Of a stretch of DNA of 34,425 nucleotides, positions 27,923 to 34,425 are shown piece after piece. The notes beneath the pieces were generated by a model that searched no databases, was not told where the DNA came from, and saw only the letters and a list, made by a program, of their open reading frames with translations. The DNA comes from an uncultured Prevotellaceae bacterium (GTDB lineage: Bacteria > Bacteroidota > Bacteroidia > Bacteroidales > Bacteroidaceae), in contig CABSGW010000001.1 of the NCBI GenBank assembly GCA_902477365.1, positions 1 to 34,425 of the forward strand, given 5' to 3'. The position numbers and the translations under genes are program-made. Within the stretch, counting starts at the first letter, position 1, and the number at the start of each line of letters is the position of its first letter.

Positions 27923-28452
27923 TATTCCTCTTTTATCGTAAGCAATGCAGCCTTAACCTGTACCGTAATATCCTCACCACAACCCTGATGTATAAAGGGA
28001 AATGTACGGTCGTCTGTATTCATAATAAACTCGTACCCTTTTTCCAGGCCCACCATTCTGATGGCACTGTCCAACTTCGAATAAACCGGAGCATACAATT
28101 CCTTTTCGGCCTGTTCCAGCAATTTTTGTGCCTCATTCCGAAAAGCAATGCCTTTCTCCATCGCCTCCTGCAGCTCTTTTTGCCGCTTCAGCATGATATT
28201 CAACGGGAAATCCTTCTGTCCCTGCAAATAATCGGCAAACATCCGATGAAAACCTTCTTCATTATGTTTTGCCTCAGCCTCATACTTAGCCTGCAACTCT
28301 TTCATGGCAGTTTGTGCCTGCGTATATTCCGGCATGGCCTGGAACACTTGTTTATAGCTTAGGAAACCATACTTGTATTGTGCAGTTCCGCTCAAAGGGA
28401 ACAACAAGCACACGCCCATCAACAGGATAATAAATGAGATTCGTTTTGTCAT
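27922..28452 (-). CDS. OmpH/Skp periplasmic chaperone
   Basis: Signal peptide from MTKRISF (start moved to 28452 because the longer ORF runs into a tRNA); KYGFLSYKQVFQAMPEY, helical body, GYEFIMN...EDITVQVKAAL; TAATG overlap with murI. Confidence 0.87.
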   Translation of the reverse strand: MTKRISFIILLMGVCLLFPLSGTAQYKYGFLSYKQVFQAMPEYTQAQTAMKELQAKYEAEAKHNEEGFHRMFADYLQGQKDFPLNIMLKRQKELQEAMEKGIAFRNEAQKLLEQAEKELYAPVYSKLDSAIRMVGLEKGYEFIMNTDDRTFPFIHQGCGEDITVQVKAALLTIKEE

Positions 28453-28527
28453 ATTGCTGATATTAACGAGTAAACAATTTTGAACACCTACCTGGATTCT
28501 CCATTCAAGTAACACGTCACGTAAAAG

Positions 28528-28599
28528 TATCCCCGCCGGGAATCGAACCCGGATCAACAGTTTAGGAAACTGTTGTTCTATCCATTGAACTACAGGGAC
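28528..28599 (-). tRNA. tRNA-Arg (CCT)
   Basis: GTCCCTG/CGGGGAT acceptor, D arm GTTCAATGGATAGAAC, anticodon arm ACAGT-TTCCTAA-ACTGT, T arm GGTTCGATTCC. Confidence 0.95.
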
Positions 28600-28615
28600 T
28601 CGATTTGTCCACCTG

Positions 28616-28623
28616 CAAAGGTA
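28616..28623 (-). promoter_or_regulatory. -7 box (TACCTTTG) for tRNA-Arg
   Basis: TAnnTTTG match 16 nt upstream of the tRNA. Confidence 0.6.
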
Positions 28624-28649
28624 ATGATTTTAATTGTTTTCGCACAAGC

Positions 28650-29879
28650 TCAATCCAACAATTTGCGGCTCAAATAACGAACCGGATACCAAACAGAGAG
28701 ATAACCAACGGCTATCACCGTCACAAATATCAACAGGACATCTACCAGATGCACGCTTACCGGATAAGCATCGACAATGAAGTTTCCGGCCGAATCGCCC
28801 AGCCTCAACAGTCCATAGGTTTGCTGCAAATAACAGAGTCCCAGTCCCAAGGCAATGCCAATCACAGCACCTAATGTGGATATCAACCTTCCCTCAAACA
28901 GGAAGATACGCGTTATCTGCCCATCCGTTGCACCCAAATTACGCAACGTCCCCACATCCTCACGTTTGTCTATAATCAACATCGATAACGAACCGATAAT
29001 ATTGAAACAGGCCACCACCAAAATAAACGTCAGGAACAAGTAGGCAATCGCTTTTTCCACCTCCATAATCCGGAACACATCTTCCTGCTGCTCATAGCGG
29101 TCGCGCACCACATATTTATCTCCCAGCAATTTGCGCAAATCCCGTTTCACACCCTCCGTATTGGCGCCCGGTTTCAACTTCAACTCCAACGACGAGAGCA
29201 TACCTTGCTGTTCAAACAGGCTACGTACAAATCCAATGGAAGTAAGTACATAGTTCGCATCGTACTTCCGCTGATTGATTACGAACACCGATCCGGCCGA
29301 ATACAGTCCGTCACTATTGAACCCCTCAGCCGGATTGGCCGGATTGATGCGTTCGCCCGGACGTGGCGCATACACTTCCAACACCGATGTAAAATCAGCG
29401 CCCAATCCCAAGTTGGCAGCCAACTGGATACCCGGAACGGCATATTGCAACACATCGGCCTGGAGCGTAAATTCTGGATTCCCATACAGGCGACTACGTA
29501 TGTCGGTACAAGCCGCATAGTGTTCGTCAACTCCCTTCAGCGTCACCATGGCCTGCCGCCCGTTATAACGCAACAACGCATTATCTTCCAGGCATTCCGA
29601 AAAAACCGCCACATCACGATGCGTCCGCGCTTTTTGCAGCAACGGATCATCGGCTGGCGCCACCTTTCCTATGGCCAGTGTTATTTTCAGCTCGGGGTCA
29701 AACGAGGTGAAAAGCGTAGCCACCAAATCGTGAAACCCATTAAACACCGACAACGTACACACCAATGCCACCGTAGCCAAAGCAATACCTCCGGTAGCTA
29801 TGGCAGAAATGATATTGATTGCGTGATGGCTTTTCTTTGAAAAAAGATACCTGCGCGCTATGTAAAAAGGAAAATTCAC
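28650..29879 (-). CDS. LolC/E (FtsX-like) ABC transporter permease
   Basis: FYIARRYLFSKK, LSVFNGF, ACFNIIGSLSMLIIDKREDVGTLRNLGA, IFLFEG, DAYPV; GTG start. Confidence 0.88.
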   Translation of the reverse strand: MNFPFYIARRYLFSKKSHHAINIISAIATGGIALATVALVCTLSVFNGFHDLVATLFTSFDPELKITLAIGKVAPADDPLLQKARTHRDVAVFSECLEDNALLRYNGRQAMVTLKGVDEHYAACTDIRSRLYGNPEFTLQADVLQYAVPGIQLAANLGLGADFTSVLEVYAPRPGERINPANPAEGFNSDGLYSAGSVFVINQRKYDANYVLTSIGFVRSLFEQQGMLSSLELKLKPGANTEGVKRDLRKLLGDKYVVRDRYEQQEDVFRIMEVEKAIAYLFLTFILVVACFNIIGSLSMLIIDKREDVGTLRNLGATDGQITRIFLFEGRLISTLGAVIGIALGLGLCYLQQTYGLLRLGDSAGNFIVDAYPVSVHLVDVLLIFVTVIAVGYLSVWYPVRYLSRKLLD

Positions 29880-29895
29880 AACCGTGCCGTCCTGC

Positions 29896-30231
29896 TTATT
29901 TCGTCAGCAATTCATCAATATGTTCAATATAGTCCAGCGAATCGTCCACAAAGAACTTCAATTCGGGAATAATACGCAGTTGATGGCGCACACGCGTTCC
30001 CAACTCAAAGCGCACGGACTTGGCGTTTTCGTTGATGTTTTTTACAATTTCCGCACTTTTCTCCGAAGGGAAAACGCTCAAGTAAGCGCGACAAATGCTC
30101 ATGTCCGGACTAATGCGGCATGCGCTGACCGACACCAACACCCCGTGCATGGCTGCCGTTTGTTTTTGGAAAATATCACTCAGTTCCTTTTGGATGAGTC
30201 TGGCTATTTTTTGTTGACGAGTTGTTTCCAT
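29896..30231 (-). CDS. rbfA: Ribosome-binding factor A
   Basis: METTRQQKIARLIQKELS, ISPDMSICRAYLS, LRIIPELKFFVDDSLDY. Confidence 0.96.
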   Translation of the reverse strand: METTRQQKIARLIQKELSDIFQKQTAAMHGVLVSVSACRISPDMSICRAYLSVFPSEKSAEIVKNINENAKSVRFELGTRVRHQLRIIPELKFFVDDSLDYIEHIDELLTK

Positions 30232-30262
30232 ATCTATCTTGATGCTATTGGTTTTTACTTAG

Positions 30263-30270
30263 CAAATGTA
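30263..30270 (-). promoter_or_regulatory. -7 box (TACATTTG) for rbfA
   Basis: TAnnTTTG match 31 nt upstream of ATG. Confidence 0.5.
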
Positions 30271-30300
30271 CATAAAAAAATAAGATGTCGCATACAGGAT

Positions 30301-30951
30301 TTACCGTTTTCTGATCAGCGTCAAACCGTCCCGCAACGGAAGAATCACTTTTTCCACCCGCTCGTCAGCCGCCACATAGTCGTTAAAACGACGAATACCC
30401 AACGTCTGCGCATCCCGGTCGTAAGCAGCATCTATGACATGACCGTCCCACAACGTATTGTCGGCCAATATGTAACCACCAGGACGCAAACAACCCAGAA
30501 CCAGCTCATAATAAGCCACATACTGACGCTTGTCGCCATCTATAAAGGCCATATCAAATGTGATGTCCCGCTCTTGCAACAAACGCGGCAACTCGTCCAA
30601 CACATCTCCTATACGGAACTCTATACGATCGGCCCACGGAGAGTTTTCTATCCAGGGACGCGTAAACTCCTCTTGCTCATCATTTATCTCAAATGTCAGG
30701 ATGCGTCCCCCTTCTTCCAACCCGGCGGCCATTGCCATGGCCGAATAACCCGTGTACGTCCCTATTTCGAGTATCCAGCTGGGCCGCACCATCGTTACCA
30801 ACATCTTCAGCAACTCCCCCTGCAGATGCCCCGAAGCCATTCGCGGCCGCAACAGACTGATATTCGTCTGCCGGTACAAGCGGTACAGGTAGTCGTGCTC
30901 GGGCGTAATGTGCTTCACAATGTAAGCGTCCAGCGCTTCCGTCTCGGTCAT
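30301..30951 (-). CDS. O-methyltransferase (caffeoyl-CoA OMT-like, Methyltransf_3)
   Basis: MASGHLQG, ILEIGTYTGYSA, FDMAFIDGDK, ILADNTLWDG, LPLRDGLT. Confidence 0.92.
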   Translation of the reverse strand: MTETEALDAYIVKHITPEHDYLYRLYRQTNISLLRPRMASGHLQGELLKMLVTMVRPSWILEIGTYTGYSAMAMAAGLEEGGRILTFEINDEQEEFTRPWIENSPWADRIEFRIGDVLDELPRLLQERDITFDMAFIDGDKRQYVAYYELVLGCLRPGGYILADNTLWDGHVIDAAYDRDAQTLGIRRFNDYVAADERVEKVILPLRDGLTLIRKR

Positions 30952-30954
30952 TGT

Positions 30955-32391
30955 CTAGTTTCCAGGCTTTGAATTGGTTGGATCAAGCAGGTTTTTCACA
31001 CTGTTCATTTCCATGAACGACGTCCGCTGTTCCTTGCGCTGACTTCCCAGATAAGCTATTCTGTCTTCCAGACAAAGCACACCCTCGTCCAGCAGCTTAC
31101 GCAACGCTGCCAACAGAAACGCATGTCCCGTACTGGGAATGGGCTGATGCAATGCCTCCACACCATAAGAGAGTGCCAGATGCCGTTTGGTCTTTGCCTT
31201 ATAACACACAGCCAACACAGGGCGTTTGCCGCGGAACGATGACACATAGCGCGCTGTACGTCCGGTATAACTGTCCGTAATGATGGCACGCAGGTTCATG
31301 GTGTGCGTGGCCATAACGGCTTCTTTGGCAAAAAACTCCGTCTCGTCCGGATTGTCCGAAAGCGGTATATCTATTTCATAACGGGTAAACTCATCGCGCT
31401 CGGCCTGATGGGCAATGGTCGCCATCGTGCGCACGGCTTCCACCGGATAAGCCCCATAAGCCGTCTCTCCGCTCAACATCAGCGCATCGGTGCGCATATA
31501 AACGGCATTGGCTATATCTGTCACCTCGGTACGTGTGGGACGCGGATTTTCAATCATGCTCTGTAACATTTGCGTAGCCACAATCACCGGTTTATGCCAC
31601 AAAATAGCCTTACGTACCAGGCTACGCTGAATACCGGGCACTTTCTCCTGAGGCACCTCGATACCCAGGTCGCCACGAGCCACCATTACGCCGTCTGCCG
31701 CTTCCAATATCTCGTCAATATTGTCCACACCTTCCTGATTCTCAATTTTGGCAATGATGCGAATGTCGCTGTCGTATGCCTCAATCAGTTTGCGCACCTC
31801 CATCACGTCCTCTTTGCTACGCACAAACGAGTGGGCTATAAAGGCAACATCCATTCCAATGGCAAACTGAATATTAGACCGGTCACGCTCGGTCAGTGCC
31901 GGCAGATTAATGTGTACTCCCGGTACATTCACGCTCTTGCGCGATCCCAATTCGGCATTGTTCTCAATCACGCACTCCAAGAATCCGTCACCCTGAGACA
32001 CTACGGTCAGCCCCAGCGCGCCATCATCTATCAGCACATGCGACCCTACCGGCACATCCTGCACAAACTCCGGATACGATACGGCGATACACTCAGCCGT
32101 TGTCAAACGATCCGGATCGCCAACCATACGCACCTTCATGCCTTCGGTAAAACGAATCGGATCACCCTCCAGCCGAGTGGTACGTACCTCCGGCCCTTTG
32201 GTATCCACCAATACGGCCAAATCGTCCGACACTTTCCGCACATTTTCAATCACCCGCTGCATTCCTTCGGGCCCCTGATGGGCTGTGTTCAGGCGTACCA
32301 CATTCATTCCGGCCTCGTACAACTGCCGTATAAAGTCTACATCACACCGCGCATCCGATACGGTTGCGACTATTTTCGTTTGTTTATACAT
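30955..32391 (-). CDS. pyk: Pyruvate kinase
   Basis: TKIVAT, DTKGPEVRT, IIAKIENQEG, DGVMVARGDLG, ATQMLQSMIENPRPTR, LMLSGETA. Confidence 0.96.
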   Translation of the reverse strand: MYKQTKIVATVSDARCDVDFIRQLYEAGMNVVRLNTAHQGPEGMQRVIENVRKVSDDLAVLVDTKGPEVRTTRLEGDPIRFTEGMKVRMVGDPDRLTTAECIAVSYPEFVQDVPVGSHVLIDDGALGLTVVSQGDGFLECVIENNAELGSRKSVNVPGVHINLPALTERDRSNIQFAIGMDVAFIAHSFVRSKEDVMEVRKLIEAYDSDIRIIAKIENQEGVDNIDEILEAADGVMVARGDLGIEVPQEKVPGIQRSLVRKAILWHKPVIVATQMLQSMIENPRPTRTEVTDIANAVYMRTDALMLSGETAYGAYPVEAVRTMATIAHQAERDEFTRYEIDIPLSDNPDETEFFAKEAVMATHTMNLRAIITDSYTGRTARYVSSFRGKRPVLAVCYKAKTKRHLALSYGVEALHQPIPSTGHAFLLAALRKLLDEGVLCLEDRIAYLGSQRKEQRTSFMEMNSVKNLLDPTNSKPGN

Positions 32392-32415
32392 CTTATCTTA
32401 TGAACTTTCTTTTAC

Positions 32416-32844
32416 TTATTTTCCTGCTCCGTCCAGCAAAGCCTCAACAGCCAGCCTGTACGAATTCATGCCAAAGCCACAGATTACCCCCACACAGGCA
32501 CACGATATAAGCGACTGATGACGAAAGGTTTCCCGCCGATGTACATTCGAAATGTGCACCTCTATGACCGGCGCGGTTATGGCACGTATGGCATCCTGCA
32601 ACGCTACCGAGGTGTGCGTATAGGCCCCGGCATTCAGCACAATGCCGTCAGCCTCGAACCCCACTTCATGCAGTTTGTCAATCAAAAAGCCCTCTACGTT
32701 ACTCTGGTAATAATCCAACGTCACTTCCGGATAACGCTTTCGCAACGCATCCAGACACTCCTCAAACGAGGCATTCCCATAAACGCCAGGCTCGCGCTTG
32801 CCCAAAAGATTTAGATTCGGGCCATTGATAATTTGGATCTTCAT
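32416..32844 (-). CDS. aroQ: Type II 3-dehydroquinate dehydratase
   Basis: INGPNLNLLGKREPGVYG, NAGAYTHTSVAL, EVHISNVHRRE; start placed at MKIQIING (32844). Confidence 0.96.
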   Translation of the reverse strand: MKIQIINGPNLNLLGKREPGVYGNASFEECLDALRKRYPEVTLDYYQSNVEGFLIDKLHEVGFEADGIVLNAGAYTHTSVALQDAIRAITAPVIEVHISNVHRRETFRHQSLISCACVGVICGFGMNSYRLAVEALLDGAGK

Positions 32845-32889
32845 ACTTGATATGCTGAATAATGTTCGTAGATTCCTGCTTTTACCGCA

Positions 32890-32897
32890 CAAAGATA
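32890..32897 (-). promoter_or_regulatory. -7 box (TATCTTTG) for aroQ-pyk operon
   Basis: TAnnTTTG match 45 nt upstream of aroQ. Confidence 0.55.
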
Positions 32898-33086
32898 CTC
32901 ATAAAAAGTGAAAGAGAGGGAGTGTTCGTTAAGATAGTTGCAACCAACTCGCTATAAACCCATTGACGATGAAAAGCCTCTTTTGCAAACTTTCAAGCCC
33001 CGCCCCGTTTCCAAACTTCCTTCTGTAGTTGCGCCACTATCGAGCGCACGGAAAAACCAAAGCATAACTATCTGGAATCTTATTTG

Positions 33087-33094
33087 TATCTTTG
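33087..33094 (+). promoter_or_regulatory. -7 box (TATCTTTG) for nitroreductase-xerD
   Basis: TAnnTTTG match 76 nt upstream of ATG 33171. Confidence 0.5.
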
Positions 33095-33170
33095 TACCCG
33101 ACATCTCCGTATCCCCGCCATCTTCCGGCCGAGATACCTTCATCCGTTAAACAACCAAACAAGAACAATT

Positions 33171-33797
33171 ATGGACAAATTCAAATGGTTAAGCCCGATC
33201 CTGCTCATCGCCCTGCTGGTATGCCTGGTCAAGTTACAGTTAACCGGCAACGAGTCCACACCGGCATCGGTGACCGAAGCCACACTTCATACGATTTTTT
33301 CGCGCAAAAGTGTACGCCACTTCAGCGACCGCCCCATAAGCCGGGCCCAGATGGACACCCTGACGCGTGCCGCCATGGCCGCACCGTCGTCCCGCAACAT
33401 CCAGCCCTGGCGTTTCATCCTGATCAACAACCGTTCATTGCTCGATTCGCTGCGTAACAACCTACCCACTGCCGACATGCTGGCACAGGCCGGGTCGGCC
33501 ATTGCCATTTGTGCCGACACACTGGCCACCAACGCTCAGGGACAGGAAACCACCTCGTGGATGCTGGACGGAGCGGCAGCTACACAAAGCCTGCTGTTGG
33601 CCGCCGAAGCAATGGGGCTGGGTGCCGTATGGACCGGTGTGTACCCCTACCGTGATCGCATTGCGGCCGTCAGTCGTTTTCTGTCACTCCCACCCCATAT
33701 CATCCCTGTCAGCCTGGTACCCATCGGGTATCCGAACGGTGACGAACAACCGAAAGACAAGTACAACCCTGAATATGTGCACCTGAACGGTTGGTAA
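33171..33797 (+). CDS. Nitroreductase family protein with N-terminal hydrophobic anchor
   Basis: IFSRKSVRHF, AAMAAPSSRNIQPWRF, LLAAEAMGLGAVWTG, PIGYP; start placed at ATG 33171 after an A-rich leader. Confidence 0.9.
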   Translation: MDKFKWLSPILLIALLVCLVKLQLTGNESTPASVTEATLHTIFSRKSVRHFSDRPISRAQMDTLTRAAMAAPSSRNIQPWRFILINNRSLLDSLRNNLPTADMLAQAGSAIAICADTLATNAQGQETTSWMLDGAAATQSLLLAAEAMGLGAVWTGVYPYRDRIAAVSRFLSLPPHIIPVSLVPIGYPNGDEQPKDKYNPEYVHLNGW

Positions 33798-33815
33798 CAA
33801 ACACTACTTTTTTAT

Positions 33816-34425
33816 ATGAAGAAACAAACAGCCAGCAACCAACTTACAGATAGTTACCGGCGTCACTTAAGACTGGAAAAGGGCCTCTCCGAACTGACGG
33901 TCAGAGCCTACATGGACGACCTGAACAAGTTGTTGTCATTCCTCGACAATGAGGGAGTCGCCCCTCATCTTGTCAGTTCCGAACACCTGCACCGCTTCAT
34001 CGCCACCGTGCACGATACGGGCATATCCACCCGTTCCCAGGCGCGCATTCTCTCGGGAGTACGTTCTTTCTACCGCTTCTTGGTAGAAGAAGGCATGTGC
34101 GAGACCAACCCCACGGAACTGATATCTTCACCTAAAATCGGCCGGAAACTGCCTGCAGTCCTTTCGGTTGACGAAATCGACGCGCTCATCTCGTCCTTTC
34201 CCATGGACTCGCCCCTAGGTTATCGGAATCGCGCCTTACTCGAGGTATTATACAGCTGCGGCTTGCGCGTGAGCGAAGCCCGCGACCTGCAATTGTCCGA
34301 TCTATACCTGGACGAAGGATTCATTCGTGTCAGGGGCAAAGGAAACAAAGAACGGCTGGTACCTATATCCGGACGCGCCACCACCGAGTTGAAACACTGG
34401 TTTTCCGAACGCAGCCACATCGACA
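33816..34425 (+). CDS. xerD: Site-specific tyrosine recombinase XerD (3' truncated; absent from ORF track)
   Basis: Manual translation: MKKQTASNQLTDSYRRHLRLEKGLSELTVRAYMDDL...RSQARILSGVRSFYRFL...PKIGRKLPAVLSVDEID...RNRALLEVLYSCGLRVSE...VRGKGNKERLVP. Confidence 0.9.
   Translation, partial: MKKQTASNQLTDSYRRHLRLEKGLSELTVRAYMDDLNKLLSFLDNEGVAPHLVSSEHLHRFIATVHDTGISTRSQARILSGVRSFYRFLVEEGMCETNPTELISSPKIGRKLPAVLSVDEIDALISSFPMDSPLGYRNRALLEVLYSCGLRVSEARDLQLSDLYLDEGFIRVRGKGNKERLVPISGRATTELKHWFSERSHID

Noticed and set aside
29884..30972. 362-aa plus-strand ORF
   Set aside because: Antisense shadow of rbfA and the O-methyltransferase; no motifs.
31570..32403. 277-aa plus-strand ORF
   Set aside because: Antisense shadow of pyk.
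32932..33073. 8-bp inverted repeat AGATAGTT...AACTATCT as an invertible promoter or MITE ends
   Set aside because: Too short to exceed chance, and both -7 boxes lie outside the bracketed segment.
33816..34425. Tyrosine recombinase as a prophage/ICE integrase
   Set aside because: Sequence and housekeeping context fit chromosomal XerD; no att repeats or mobile genes nearby.
1..34425. CRISPR arrays, IS elements, defence or toxin-antitoxin modules
   Set aside because: No regularly spaced direct repeats, transposase or defence-type ORFs were seen by eye.

Overview
Core-genome window from a Bacteroidales bacterium. It is probably Prevotellaceae-like, inferred from gene content, TAnnTTTG promoters and a non-gliding-type T9SS locus. 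It encodes housekeeping enzymes (gltX partial, mdh, pyrE, argH, murI, pyk, aroQ, rbfA, xerD partial), LPS/envelope genes (waaA/kdtA, a GT9 glycosyltransferase, a lipid A acyltransferase, Skp/OmpH, a LolC/E-type permease, an NlpE-like lipoprotein), peptidases (aminopeptidase P, tricorn-like S41), three tRNAs (Gly-GCC, Leu-TAA, Arg-CCT) and an intact type IX secretion core operon porP-porK-porL-porM-porN. I found no transposase, prophage, CRISPR array or defence island, so I cannot support a new multi-gene system here. The most unusual signals are non-coding or subtle: (1) a minus-strand locus at about 17895-18068 with its own promoter and stacked hairpins that looks like one or two tandem small RNAs; (2) a perfect 63-bp palindrome at 13628-13690; (3) a frameshift that splits the Cys-rich C-terminus of the GT9 gene; (4) a Rieske-like lipoprotein whose His ligands appear to be replaced by Cys; (5) a terminator plus a possible ECF-type promoter in front of the T9SS operon.
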